A stretch of DNA of 62,572 nucleotides, filler included, from Rhabdomonas costata (GCA_019059605.1; 28 parts of 28 records of this genome joined end to end with filler, not necessarily neighbours in it); one strand, 5' to 3'; positions 35,726 to 49,076 are shown, counted from the first letter of the whole stretch. Notes: a model not told the origin generated them from the sequence alone. A program made the numbers and translations.

Positions 35726-36056
35726 NNNNNNNNNNNNNNNNNNNNNNNNNNNNNNNNNNNNNNNNNNNNTTAATTAATTAANNNNNNNNNNNNNNNNNNN
35801 NNNNNNNNNNNNNNNNNNNNNNNNNTGGGGTTTGGGAGGAACCGAGGCGAACGCTCAACAGCAATTTTCTATTCTTTTGGGTCCCCCAAAAAAAGATCTG
35901 CACAGAAAATAGTGGTGGTCTGGGCTCGTATTAAATTGCACGAAGCAGGGAAACGCTGCGTGGGCTGGTTCTTTCACCCTCTTGGCTGGTAAAATGAACC
36001 ACTTGGCGCTTTTCCTGTGTGTGCATTTGAGGAAGGTGAGCAAAGCAGTCGAGCAC

Positions 36057-36146
36057 CGGGCAGGCTGCGTGAGCAGGGCGAGAGCACCGTAGACGGTCTC
36101 GTCACCGCCGTGAGCAACAACCATCAGCTTGGGGTCCTCGCTGGTT
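36057..36146 (-). CDS. Exon resembling the PIG-L/LmbE deacetylase N-terminal motif (degenerate)
   Basis: TSEDPKLMVVAHGGDETVYGALALL compared with the family motif LxVxAHPDDE. Bounded by AG and GT. Confidence 0.4.
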
Positions 36147-37790
36147 CTGCAAAGACAGATTTCCGCGCCCTCCAACGTGCGATGACGTGCACGACAACAA
36201 AAAGGCAACGCAGCTTTATCTCGTTTTCGGTGTAATTTCAATTTAGATAAACTGGACAACACGAAAGCATGTTCTACAATGGGTTCGCGTGCACCTTGTT
36301 CCTTAAGACAACCTCTCCCTGCCTCTGTTCCTTGTTTTCCCTACGCAACTGTACCTTGTGCATTTCGCACCATCCTATGTGTTCCCAACCCTCTGCTGCT
36401 ACCTTGAATCAACCAGAGAACCAAAAGGGCGGCTTCCGTTTCGCAATTTACCGCAATTTACAAAAGATTACAATTTACAAAAGATCTTAAATGTACAAAA
36501 TTACGCCCAAAGACGAGCAGCCTGCATAAATTCCTGAAACCGTAGGAAGCAGGGAACGATCATTGAGCTACGACCACGCGGCGAGCAAAAATGAAAATCA
36601 GTAGAACAGAAAGAACCTCTGCATGTTGGTGTTGGGGAGCCCCACGGCTATGCGCGCCACCACAGGAGTCACACACAGCCGGGCAGGCTTCCCAGCTGCC
36701 CTGCTGAGTTTCATACACTCGCGCAGCAGGGGTGGGGAAAGCCGTAGGGTTGGAGAGGGCGGTTGATTCAGCGGTGCATGTTGTGAATGGGACAGTGCAC
36801 GGTAGACTGCGGAAAGGCTACTAAAGGGCGAGTCGCCCTCGCGACGACACAGCAGTGAAAGCAAAAACAGCAAGGCAAACGCCGAGAAGCAAGGGAACAG
36901 GCGCACCATTCCAAGAGCAGGCGAGGAGGAAAAACACTTGAAAACTGTAAAAACAGACTGCACAGGAAGTTCGGTGAACCTCGACACTGCAGGAAAGGCA
37001 GGAAGAGTGGTGTTTGCTCTGGACCTAGTGTTTACTGTAAACTGCTTAGTGTTGTTGAACGTTGACAATTAATCAACGTTAGCTATCTTCACCCACTCTC
37101 CACACACCTCCTCGAACTCCTCGAATGTTTCATTTTTACACAAAGCCAAAATTCTTTTAACAATTACGGGGCATTCCCACACACGTTCATCTGGGTTGTG
37201 TTTTGAGTCACGTCCATCGTATGGGTGCTTTAGATGCGGCGCATCACATTGGCACTACTACCTTGAAATAGGGTAACATTAGCACATAGCATATAGCATA
37301 TGATCTACTTCTACATTCGCTAATACCACCACTACAACGCATCACCACCACCACTAGGATGGCTTACATGTGTCGGGAACCAACACCCTGGGGGTTGGGG
37401 TGAGGCATGGGCCTAGGTTGGTGAATGGTGCCGGCATGCCTCGATCTACCTGATGCACATGCACACAGAGTCTATCCTTGGGTCAAGTCTTTCAATTGTT
37501 GGTGTCGATTGAATTTCCACAGGGGAACCACATGGTGAGAGGGGAGCCCTTCTGCCTAGTATATCACTGCATCACGGAAGGCGAGCCTGCTGTTGGTAAT
37601 CGCGGACGCTCGCGCACAGAGGCCTTTGTGTACATCATGGCCTTGGTATAATGTGTGTGCACGGAGATCCACGGCAAAAAAGCCTTGCGGGAGCCATCTT
37701 CCACAGTGAGAGGCGGATGGCGTCGTCCGTTTTCACTCACATGCCCAGAAAGGAAGCCGTGCCTTCTCGATGGTGTCCGATGGTGTCCGA

Positions 37791-37958
37791 TGGTGTGTGA
37801 TCTCCAGACCGTAGTCAAAGCATAACCAGTCCGAGCATTTCATCGTTACAGCGATCCAAGTTCTTGTATCTGCGGCAGGATACAGGAACTTGGATCGCTG
37901 TAACGATGAAATGCTCGGACTGGTTATGCTTTGACTACGGTCTGGAGATCACACACCA
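37791..37958. repeat. ~80-bp-arm fold-back inverted repeat at the contig end
   Basis: The arms are perfectly complementary except for one mismatch near the ~8-nt loop. Confidence 0.95.
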
Positions 37959-39099
37959 CNNNNNNNNNNNNNNNNNNNNNNNNNNNNNNNNNNNNNNNNN
38001 NNNTTAATTAATTAANNNNNNNNNNNNNNNNNNNNNNNNNNNNNNNNNNNNNNNNNNNNTTTGTTGTGCAACCTGCAACGGCATACTACGTCCAACCGCA
38101 ACCCCGGCAAAAGCTTCCACCGGCAAATCTAAAAACGCGTCAGAGGTGGGGGTCGCAAAATATTCAAGTTATTCCCATCTCCCAGAAAAGTCGGCGCAAC
38201 ATCCTGCAAAGGCCAGATTTCAGATTTGGAGCCCTGCGATTTCAAATTCAGCGTCGTCTTCTTCTACCTCTCCGCCATTTGTCCCATCTCTAGAATACAC
38301 ACGGGCCACCGTGGAACGCTTAATTTTTTCAGGGAGGGGGGAGGGGGGCGATGTTACGGTGAAGCCCCACCGTTGCTGCAATCATCAAGTCATCCAGCAG
38401 GAACTTCAACGCATTAGAAATCAAGCGATTGGGGAGGGGGGTTAGCTTCTAAAACGTCGCGTAATATATATTAGCGCAGGTTTCGTTGCTGTCATTGTCG
38501 GAAGCACCATCTTCATGGATACAATAGAAATTGTAAGAGCAGAAACGTGTCAGCAACAGGGCAGCTGATGATCAGTCGGTCACAAGAAGCACAAAACGAA
38601 ACGAAACGTTGACTCGCGACTGTTGCCAACTGCAGCTCATGGGACACATGCACAACGCTTGCCTTAAACGGGAAGACCCTGAGGAAGAGAAAAGAGATGC
38701 ATCGAAACCGCCAAAAGCAGGAGCACTGACACATATTAGTTTGTGTCATCCTTTGATCCCTGTAAAATTCATATTTTGAGGCTCTGAGGACACCCTGAGG
38801 ACACCCTTGCCACACCCTGGTGTGGCAATTTTTTTCGCTTTGTCGTCAAGGTCAGTCTTTGTGACTGGCCGCCAAACTGCTTCCAAAACAACGACGGTCA
38901 CGTTGTGAAAAGGACCAAAAATGCCCTCGGAGAAAGCACCTTTTTTAATTCTATGCGGATGACCTCTGAAAAGAGTCACACGCAGAAATAGGCAGACTGG
39001 GCTGTGGTTAAGCAGAGTGGAACTCCCCAGAAAAAACGGAAAAATCAGCGAACGCCCAAGGAGCCAATACATTTGTGAATCTGCGATTTCGTTCAAACC

Positions 39100-39341
39100 T
39101 TGGTGAAGCGAGGAACATCGACATCTTCACGGCAAAGGCCAAACCCAGCCGCTGGGTGGATGGATGTTCCACATTCTTCACTCCCCCTACCTCTCCCCTT
39201 GAGGCGGGGAGCAGGCCCCTCCAAGGGTCTCCTCGGCGCCCCCCTGGAGCGCTCCCCAGTCGTCAAGGATCTGGAGGCTGCGGCTGATGTGCCGGACCTC
39301 TGCGTCGTGGCGATTGTGGGCGGCACTGCTGCTGATGTACT
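39100..39341 (-). CDS. Possible two small exons of an uncharacterised protein (strand uncertain)
   Basis: GC-rich island. A phase-1 GT-AG join on the minus strand gives ...GPAPRLKGR|AAGFGLCREDVDVPRFTK. An open plus-strand frame also exists. Confidence 0.3.
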
Positions 39342-40891
39342 GCGAAATGGTAGGGTGACGGGGGAGGGCAGGCCCACAGTATACTGAACCGAAGTGTGTG
39401 TTGGCTGCTTGCAAAACAGAGACAGAACCTTATATCTGCGTCGCACGTTGTCGACGTGTTGAAGTTGTGCTTTGCTTTTGCTTTCGTTTTTGTGAACTGA
39501 CAATCCTTTTTGCCTGCAATCGCAAAGTTGCAAAATAAATACAATTTGTTGGATTGGGTGAATTCGAGAAATGCGTCAAAAACGTCACTAAATAGTAAAA
39601 CAATACCGGAAGACCCACCTCTATCTGCATGAATCAGAGGAGAGTAGGATTTCACTTTCAGTGTAAGTGGTTTCAGGAACTCAGGCCTGTTTGTAAGCTG
39701 ACAACGGGAAGGATTGTAACAAACAGGCCAACCGGCGGGCTCATCGACACAGACACTCATACGCGCACACCCACGCGCGCAAAAATATTTGCAATGAGAA
39801 AGACAAGACGCCTTTTAATTTCGCCCCTCTCCAGCCGCTAATCTCCTAGCTTCGCCAACCCTTCCACCTGCCATCATGCCAACCCCACCAACCCTCTAAA
39901 CCCCTAGGACTGTGCACTGCAGGACAGGTATCGTCCATGTTTGTCAGAGGTATGGAAGGGTTCCATCACTTCACTTGGCGGAAACTCCTTCCAAAGAAAC
40001 ACAACCAAGCCAGGAATCGGTCAAACCGGAGCACTTCACCTCTGCCCCAACCCCCATCTTTTTTTTACGATTACAAAACGGTTTCTTTGTGCCAGCGCGC
40101 AACGAGGTCAGACAGGACATGTGCGCATCGTGCACGTATGGGGGTGGGTGGTAACGGTGGCAGGGCCTTCTGCGTGCAAGTGTGAAGCACTCAACCCACC
40201 ACCNNNNNNNNNNNNNNNNNNNNNNNNNNNNNNNNNNNNNNNNNNNNTTAATTAATTAANNNNNNNNNNNNNNNNNNNNNNNNNNNNNNNNNNNNNNNNN
40301 NNNGGGGGTTGGGTACAGAGAGGAGGGACGGGGGGGACGGACAAGGCCACTGAATTCCACACACCAGTTAATCAATGAAAGACTGATACTAGTTGGAAGG
40401 GAGAATGGAGCGGTGGGGTGAAGAAGGACGCAGCATCCGCTAAAAAGTTTCGGAGGATTGCGAAGCGGGGCGGCCAGGGTAGACTGGCTGAACGTTGGAC
40501 CTGATCTGCGTCGCAAGCAAGGGCAAGATGGGAGGTTGCAACCGAACACCGACTGCAGGAGACAATGGTGGTCGGGCACTACACACTACGTACCACGGAA
40601 TCTGGGACGTCTTATTCTCTCTCTATCTCTCTTTCAATGGCAATCACAACTCATGACTCATACCTTCCAAGTCTGAGATTTTTGCGACCGATTAAATTAC
40701 CCTCAGGAATTCGCAGGAAGCGGCAAACAAACCCCATATTTGAGCCGAAGACTCAATGTCATAATTTCATGGTTCGTCAGCCTTGGGCGTGAAAGGGAAT
40801 AACCGAAGCGAAGTATGGAAGTACACAAGCGCAATACAGCAGAGGAAGAAGGGTATGCAGCATCCACACACACACACACACACACACACAC

Positions 40892-41937
40892 CGTGCTCCC
40901 TTGCGTGACCTCTGCCTCCCCAAGGGGGGAATACTCACAGCAAAAGAAGAAGAAGCAGAAGAAATGGCAGTGAGCGATACCGTGGACGGGGGCAGCGCTC
41001 CAGGGACTCTAACCCCGCCGGCACGGCTTGCCACGCAGGGTGAGGGCTGCGGGAACGAAGCTGACGGCGTGGGTGGCGCCCACCCCGCAGCAGCATCTTC
41101 TGAGGGCAATGGCGAGGGGAACACGATGGGAGGAGGGGTGTTTATCGATAAACGTTGCTAAACGGCCATGTCATCTTGTTGTGTTCATCCAGCGTCAGGT
41201 GAACGGCAATTGCTGATTAGCTTGCATGATTCGACAAGGTTTGGCGTTGTCGAGCGGCGTGAACAGACGGGGGGCAGTACATGGGTTTTGGTGGCGATGT
41301 ACTGCATAAAAATACCTTGCTCGCCTGAAAGTCGCGAGGCAAAGAACACAAAGTAGCATTTCACAGCGGAAGTGTCAACAGCACTGAACAAGCATTGAGC
41401 ATATGGACAGTGTTTTCATTCAACACCTTGCACTGAGTTTGCATTTCACTTGAAGGTTGCGCCTCCACAATTCAATCTGACTCAAAACGAGCGGTCATCC
41501 ACAGCTGAAAGCACACCGCGCTGGGGCATGGCCTTGGTGGAGACGGCAGAGGCCATGGCGTGCTGGTTGCGCTGTTGAAGCTGTTGCACCAGCTGCGGCG
41601 GAGGCCGGAAGCGATGTGCGACGGCATTGAAGTCGGAGGCCTCGATCTTCTCCCCGGTTGCGGGGTCCACGTAGTACTCCCGCGTCACCACTCCACCACC
41701 GCTGGGCCCTGCCGGGGGTGGGGCCACACCCATGCCAGCCTCCGTGGGAGCAGCATTAGGCTGTGCAGAGGAGACGCAAAAAGAGATGGGAGAAAAGCGC
41801 ACAAGCGTAAAGGTGCCATTGCGGCAGAAAACAAGAGGCAAAAAGTAGGAAGTGTGGTCTTCAGCTTCTTTTCCATTCGGCACTTCCTTCAAGGCCTGCA
41901 GCGTGGCTGAAACTGCTGAGACTGCGTCTGGCAGCTT
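40892..41937 (-). CDS. Uncharacterised Pro/Ser/Ala-rich protein, exons 41937-41884, 41760-41517, 41099-40892
   Basis: Two phase-consistent GT-AG joins. Includes VVTREYYVDPATGEKIEASDF. Confidence 0.65.
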
Positions 41938-42549
41938 CTTGCCGCGTGTACCATTCCCAGGCTTCGTTTTTGTGGTCAGACCGCCTGTCCGTGTCCGCTT
42001 GACGAAAGTCCGCGGTGTATGTCACGTGCGAGACATTCGATAAGTTGCAGGGCAGCAAGAAATGAGACCCCGCATGCTATGCACCTTTGGATCCGTGACG
42101 ATCGCTGCATCACTTCTGCGTGGGTTCTTCCAATTCTCCCTTCTCTTGACTATAATCCACATTCATTTCACTTTTTTCCTTGTCCTCACGCGTGCTATTG
42201 CGGTGGTTGCGGTTCCAGCCTTTCACTTTCCCTCTCACTCCGCTGTTTGTCGCCCTCTTCAATTGTGTCATAAATTCTCCGCATGAATAGCTCTGTTCTT
42301 GTTGTGATCAAAGGATCTGTTGTTGTGATCAAAGGATGCACAACGCTCTGGTTTCTGGTTGAGCTCTGGTAAATGGCTGTGTTCACGCCGTCTATTTAAG
42401 CTCAAGCCCAAAGCTGACATGTGCGGATACCCCCCCAAACCCACCAACANNNNNNNNNNNNNNNNNNNNNNNNNNNNNNNNNNNNNNNNNNNNTTAATTA
42501 ATTAANNNNNNNNNNNNNNNNNNNNNNNNNNNNNNNNNNNNNNNNNNNN

Positions 42550-42854
42550 GGGGTCTGGTCTCGGACACCACCAAAGAGGGTGCTCGCATGGCCTTTCGGT
42601 TCCGCCACGTGGCCACGATCACGGTCCCGGGCAAGGCCCAGGTGGTGCCGGTGTTCGAGCCCTTGTACCGGCTGGCTCCCTCCGCTGCGGAGACATCCGC
42701 AGGGGAAGATGTAGAGGGTCCCCGGATTGCTATCACCACGGGCAGTCCTCGGCCCCCGGTCTACGCCTGTCCCCAACAAGTCTACTCCGGTGCGGTGGCC
42801 ACTGCTTCTTTATTTTGTGGATCATTCGGGCCTAAGGGCAGGGGGGCTTTGTGA
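42550..42854 (+). CDS. Class III adenylate/guanylate cyclase, end of the catalytic domain
   Basis: LVSDTTKEGARMAFRFRHVATITVPGKAQVVPVFEPL matches the consensus ILISE.T....F.FR.LG.V.VKGK...V.VYE. The 3' end is uncertain: either a donor near 42779 or the stop at 42854. Confidence 0.8.
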
Positions 42855-43154
42855 TAGGATTTCTTCACAGCTGAACAGCTGATGCCCGCACAAAACGTGA
42901 CAAAAGTGGGGAAAAAGGATGAATTACACGCGGGCACAAAGGTTGACGGGAGAACAAATGGTAATGATGCAAAGCAGAACGGGGAGGATGGGGGGATGGA
43001 ATAGTGGTCACTGGGAGAGGTAGGGACGATGGACTAAGCGGCAAAAAGAAACCGCGTTGAAGTGGGGTGGCATGGGAAGGTTGGAAGGAAATTCTGTGCA
43101 CAATAATATGCATATTCAATGCTGTTTCGACAAATTGCAAAGACAAGGGTGATC

Positions 43155-43400
43155 AGGGCGAAGCCGAAGCAGGCCCGGGGTCTTGTCCAGTGGGCCCCCC
43201 AAGACGCTGCCTAGGCCGATCCTTGCACCCCCAGGCCGGTACCCACCCGTGAACCTTGGCGACTCTTTTCTGAATTTTTCTCTTATGCTTCTCTCCCCAG
43301 CACAGCGGAGGGTGTATCGACGGCACCCACAACATATCTATAAATCCCACCTGCCTCTATCCCCGCGAAAGAGGGCCCAGGCAAATGGCTCTTTGCCGCC
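43155..43400. mobile_element. Dispersed ~240-bp structured repeat (SINE-like or non-autonomous element), copy A
   Basis: Colinear similarity to 61078-61307, with shared blocks GAAGCAGGCCCGGGGTCTT, CGACGGCACCCACAACAT, CACCTGCCTCTAT and GGGCCCAGGC. Confidence 0.8.
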
Positions 43401-44069
43401 AAAATCACACGGTGTTATGCTGCGGTCTTCGCGTCCTTGCCAGCCCTGCCACAGGGGCGTCCTGATGTCGTTGGCCTGGGGTTCTAGGGTAACAGGCAGT
43501 TTCCTCACAGGCCCGGAACCAACCCGCACAACTCGCGGATCAGTAGCAAATCGCAGGCTGCGGGCCCATGACCTCCGAGGAGATTCACTGACCGACGCTC
43601 GGCGCCAGCTCCTCCGTCCGTCTCATATCAAATAAAGACATTGTCTCATCACCAGTAAGTGCGTCTCAACCCAAAGGGCGACGGGTTTGCATATTGTTTT
43701 CATATGTGTGGCTGTGTTAACTGCAAACACCATCGAAAGGAAAGGGTCCTCAAGCGGGGGAAGCATAGTTATTCTTGGATAATGATTATTCAATGAATAT
43801 GGCCACTCTTGATTATCTTGCCCCTTTGTCTTAAAAGTGGTCAGCACCATTCTTCTTTATATGCGAAAAATGGCTGTGCTGGTTCATTTTGGGCAAATGA
43901 AAGGGGGGGGGGGGGCGGAGCCTGTTGTCTGATTGACAGAAATTATTCCGCTGGGACGATCGACTTTCTGGATCTTAAGACTGAAATCTGTGCGTGCCCA
44001 CATTACCTGCCCCTCGTGGCCGCACACGCGGCCATACATAGCAGAGCGCATGGGAAAGCGATCCCATAC

Positions 44070-44501
44070 CTCCCGCTCCTCCCCGCGAAGGCAATGAGAG
44101 CGGATCTTCAGCGCGTAGGACACCGCGGAGTCCTTCCCAACTGAGCGAAGGGAGGAGCAAGGCACAGGAACAGAGGGGCCATAAAGGACAACGGCGCCCG
44201 CATGAAGAACCCAGAAAGTGGTGCTTGTCTTCTTCTCTTCGCTGACATCGAAGGAAGGCACGCGAACTGAAGGAAATGAGAGAAAGGTTCCAACTTTCGC
44301 GGTATCCTATGAAAGACGCCACAGACATGCACGCACGCAGGGGGGGGGCATATGCTGCGCACCGCTCCGGATGTGGTCGAACAGCTGGCTTGTGGGCCGC
44401 CCTAGGCACACCATCATGTGCATCACTGTGTTCAGCAAGTGGCCGCTGCGGTCGGAGGACAGCAGCCCCAGCCGCTGCGCCTCCGCAAAAAGCTCCAGCA
44501 C
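44070..44501 (-). CDS. Pentatricopeptide-repeat-like protein, exons 44501-44363 and 44140-44070
   Basis: A phase-1 join gives VLELFAEAQRLGL...LLNTVMHMMVCLGR...LFDHIRS|VGKDSAVSYALKIRSHCLRGEERE, which has PPR-like spacing. Confidence 0.55.
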
Positions 44502-44828
44502 CTGGCATAGCAGCAGGCACAAGTCAGCACATGGCCTAGCCAATAGTGCCAAAATGGGTTCAGCACACATATGTCAGGCTTCAGCGCTCTGGTTGTTGTG
44601 CCTTTCTTCCGCTGCTAACCATCTCTGCATTCCACCGGGAAACACTCCAACCCCTCAGAGAATACTCCTCGCTGCTTTGTCCCCCCCNNNNNNNNNNNNN
44701 NNNNNNNNNNNNNNNNNNNNNNNNNNNNNNNTTAATTAATTAANNNNNNNNNNNNNNNNNNNNNNNNNNNNNNNNNNNNNNNNNNNNGGTTGGTGGTTCC
44801 TTTGGGGAAGCCCGTGAAGCCTCCACAG

Positions 44829-44927
44829 GTGGCCTCCTCTAGCCTTCTGTACAACGAGTATATTGTCTACGACGTGGCCCAGGTGTCGATGCGGTACCTG
44901 TTCCGGATGAAGTTTGTGTACCACTGA
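44829..44927 (+). CDS. Poly(ADP-ribose) polymerase (PARP1/2-type), terminal exon
   Basis: VASSSLLYNEYIVYDVAQVSMRYLFRMKFVYH* is the diagnostic LLYNEYIVYD.AQ...YL motif, with the catalytic Glu intact. Confidence 0.95.
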   Translation: MASSSLLYNEYIVYDVAQVSMRYLFRMKFVYH

Positions 44928-47602
44928 TCCATGGCTGCGGCACGGACTTCGGGATAACTGACCTCTGGGATTGCATCTGATACGATCAACAAGATTCGGT
45001 GCCACCCAGCGGCGAATTTCTCTCGGTTTGAATTCCCATAGACACGCACGTGCACACACGCGCTTGGCTGGTAAAATGAACCTCTGTCACAGTCTTTCTA
45101 ACTCTTTCTCCATGGCAGGCGATCACTGACCGTTTGTAGCGTGCTCGCAGAATACGGAGTGGGCTTGGCTTTTTGAGTCCGTGGCTCATCTCAGATGGCC
45201 ACGGGCCTTCCCATGGTGTGTGTCTTGGTTTTTGGGATGTACTTTTATCGGGTGCCGAGAGTTGGGCTGCAATTATTACTTGAGACGCGGAGGCAGGAAC
45301 TGGGTGGACTATTGTGCAGCACGTCAGTTCTTTTCCAGCGCGCTGTCTCTCTCTCTCATTCTGCCACCCCCCACCTGCCAGACATTTGGTGAAAGACTGA
45401 CCGTGGTGAAACACTTATAGTGATAGTGATAGTCCTTTGAGGAAGTGTACTTCGCCAAGGTGGGTGTCAGTTCTAGCTTCTGATCTGTGGTTTGTGACAT
45501 TCCCAGAGTACCAGTGCTCCTGATTTCTCAGCGGTATTTGGGCGTACCCTCGAGACCCGACCGTTCACTCTGATCAGTTTGTCCATGTTTAGCACTCTAC
45601 CGTAGTCAGCCGTCATGCGAGTGTGAAGCGGGCCGTCTGACCGCTGCCGACACGGCTGCCGTGAAGCCGTCCAGCCGACCGTTTCAGAATTAGTGGATTT
45701 CAGGCAAAGCGTTGGAGAAGCCCTTCTTGCGCTCGTAGCCTCCTTAGGCCCTCCGAGCTTGACCCACCATCGGACTGTCCCGCACGGAAAACTCGGTTCC
45801 ACGGTACATCTCTCAGGCATGGTCCCGAAATCAAGGCCGAGGTGTTGAGACCGCTCCTTGGTCCAGCCTTTCAGCACCAGCAGCTGTGCCTTAAGAACTG
45901 GGGTACTTCGATTTTGTTTGTCGTTCTGAAAGCTCGAAACGCCAGCAACCTTCCTACTCTTTCGGCGAAAAAATCTTTGGAGGGGAGGCGGGGCCACCGC
46001 GTGAACACGGGAAGAACACCTGACGGCTACAGGTGCGCGCCTTGCTTCATAAAAAAAGAAGATGGGACCCGCAAAACACCCATTTTTGTCCACCGCCTAA
46101 AACGTTCCTCCCCGCACAAAATCGGTAGCACCACCCATCCGCGAAAAACTTCCTTTTGCGCTTCAAAAACAGCAACCCATCGAAACCATTCTGCGGGCAG
46201 AAAAACGCGTAGATGGTAAACCACGTTTGGCCGTTGAAGATCTGCAGTTTCATTCCTTTCTACCCGGGGCCACCACCTCGAATACAAAAATGCTCCAATT
46301 CAGAAAGTCCAATCATAAGTTGTCCGCCCCTCACAAAACAGATTTGTCCACCAAAAAATAATGGCGCCGTATATTGGGTTTTTCTGGGCTTTTTGTTGTT
46401 TTTTGTTTTATCTTTGCGGCGTTTAACTGTAAAATAGCACCGCGTGTTGTCAGACATCCCCTGGGCGTCGGTGTGGCTTGTTGTTGTGGGTGGGACCATA
46501 TCGGACAGTCATGCCCTTGGCACCATCACCGGGTCGGTGCCGCTATGGGTTGACGCGGTCCAAGCACTTCGCGTAGTCCATTGATTCTCAACTCCGCCCA
46601 TTCAAAAATGTTATCACCAACAATCAGCGCCTGTCCATCACAACACAGGTATTTCCAGGAAATTTCTTTGCCGAGACACGTTGATGCAATAAAAAGTCTA
46701 GGCCTGGAGATTTGCAGCCGTTGTGCGTTCTTCCCTCCGCAAGGCTGGGTGTCATGGCCTATTAACAATCAGAGTTTGAAGTTCCAATTATCGCCATCCA
46801 TCGTGGCAAAAGCCAGTGTGGTTAGATTGTAGATAGCTCGTAGGCGCATAAGCCCGCCCATCTCGTGATTTGCATTGGATCCACACAGAGTATGTATGTG
46901 AGATTGAGGGTTTGCCACCGCTNNNNNNNNNNNNNNNNNNNNNNNNNNNNNNNNNNNNNNNNNNNNTTAATTAATTAANNNNNNNNNNNNNNNNNNNNNN
47001 NNNNNNNNNNNNNNNNNNNNNNTTGTTGTTGGGCACTTCATGCATACATATTCGCACAGTGGAAAACACCTGATTTCCACTGTGCGAATATGTATGCATG
47101 AAGTGCCCATTTACAACAAAAACTGTGCGAACGTAAGCGAGCAAGACTCTGCAAGACTCTCTCTCTCTCTCAATTTACGAGGAGGCATTTTTGTCTTGAA
47201 AAAAACGCGAAAATCGAGAGAGATATTAGTCTTGTATGAACTCCCCTAGGCGGTTACGGGAAGCCCTACGCAGTGACTGTGTTTTCATATTCGCGGTCCA
47301 ATAGGCTTGAATTTTATTGAGTGTCATCCCCAGGATAGCACTTCCAATCACGGGAGTTTATTACATGTGTGCCAACAGGCACACGGCACTGTGCTACATT
47401 GGACTTCTGAATCCTGAGAATGGTGTCTGCCCCATTGCCATTTAAGCCAGTGTGTGTGTGGCCGACTGGCTTTCACAGTTGGGGGTTAGTGCCAGCGCCT
47501 CTAGATGAGTTGTTTTAAAATTAAGCGGGTAGCTGTGTTTGTTGATCCCAACTCAAAAAAAATGTGGGAAGCAAATGCGTTAAATGCGTTGGGTTTTCGC
47601 AG

Positions 47603-49076
47603 AGAATTCACCAGTTGCAGCAGTGGCCGAAAGAGCCCTTGGAGCTTGGCGGGAGCCCCTCGCGGCCCGTGATCTACTTCGCCCATGAACAGGAGGGGAT
47701 GCTTCGCCTGCAGTGGAGCAACCCGTTGCCCATGCCCATCTGCAGCTACAGTTGTGATGGCTGTCGGGACGTAATCCAGGCGGGCTGGCAGATGGTTTGC
47801 CTTCTTCCACTCTGTACATTGTGCCACCTCGACTTCTCCAGAGTGTGTGAAATGTGTGTCTGAATGAAGAAAGCTGCTGGCTAACTTTGCAGTTTTGATT
47901 TGTGGCCCAGTCTGCGAGATCGCTAAGACTTTTTCCTTGTTATCAGGAGTTTTTTATTTATAGGAATTAAGGGGCGATACACGTGTTCCTGAGGAGGCAT
48001 GCATTACCTGTATTACTGCTGCAGTATTCTGCATTTTTTCCACGGTTTTGTAAACCTGTTGAGGTCTTCGGAGGTCGTCGGACCTCGCGTTTCTACTGAA
48101 AAGTGTGAAATGCTCCTTTATTTCAGGCAGACATGGAGGGCGAGAGGGATCGCTCGACGATCACGCACCCCGAGCGCAGCGGGCTGGGCTACGACCTTTG
48201 CTTGTCGTGTGGCAGCCGTTACATCACGGAAGTTCGGGGGCGGCTGGAGCGCTTCTTGGAAGACGCATCTCCTGTTCTTCTGCGGTGCGTAGCTCGAGCG
48301 TGGACAGGCGCCCTTTTTGTGTGCCGGTCGTACTTTTTACTGGGGAGTGATATTCATACGGGGCAAGAAAGCGCCGTAAATGAGCTTCTAGACCCTTTCC
48401 GTTGTATTCGCTTGCGACCCGAGCTCCGCTGAAAGTAGCGTAGTGGTTACAACACTCACCATAGTGAGAATCCTGTGGGCTCTGCCCCCCCCCCTCCTCT
48501 CTTCATTACCTTTTAGGATGGGCTGGGTGGGGCTGCTTTCGGACCTTCGGAGGAGTGGGGCTGCTTTTCATCGGCATTTCCCTCTCAGAGGAAGACAGTA
48601 CGCGGGCATGGATAGTGCTGCTCTGCGTCGGGCAGCGTTTTCGCGGTGGGGCTCAGCAGATGCGGTGTGGTGCTGCCCCCATGCCTGCCCCATGCACTCC
48701 CCATCCCATCCTCCCTGTCCTTCTGCATCCTCAGTGTTGTTTCCTCGATTACTTCTGAGGCCTGCTGGCGCTGTGTGAGTGTTTGTGAGTTGGAAGCCTA
48801 ACGATACGATACCGTCTCATTTCTGACAAAAAGAAGGAAAGAGCTGGATTTCAGCAAAGGAGGCTAAGTCTCGTTTGGGACTGTGTGCCTTCCTGTCCTT
48901 GGTCACCTTTTCTTGGGACAAAGGCTTTTTGTCTGGAGCTGGACCTTGCGGTGCCGTGGACGGGAGAGACGGTGGTGGCGGTGGCCCTTCCGCAGGGGCA
49001 GCTGCGCCTGCCGGAGGAGTTGAGCACTGCCGTGCAGTGGTGCGAGGCGGTTTCGAGTGCTGAGAGCGGCCAAGGG
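47603..49076 (+). CDS. Protein with a ZZ-type zinc-finger-like motif, exons 47603-47794, 48127-48284, 48517-48664, 48924-49076
   Basis: Three phase-consistent GT-AG joins. Contains YSCDGC ... YDLCLSC but lacks the central CxxC. Confidence 0.65.
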
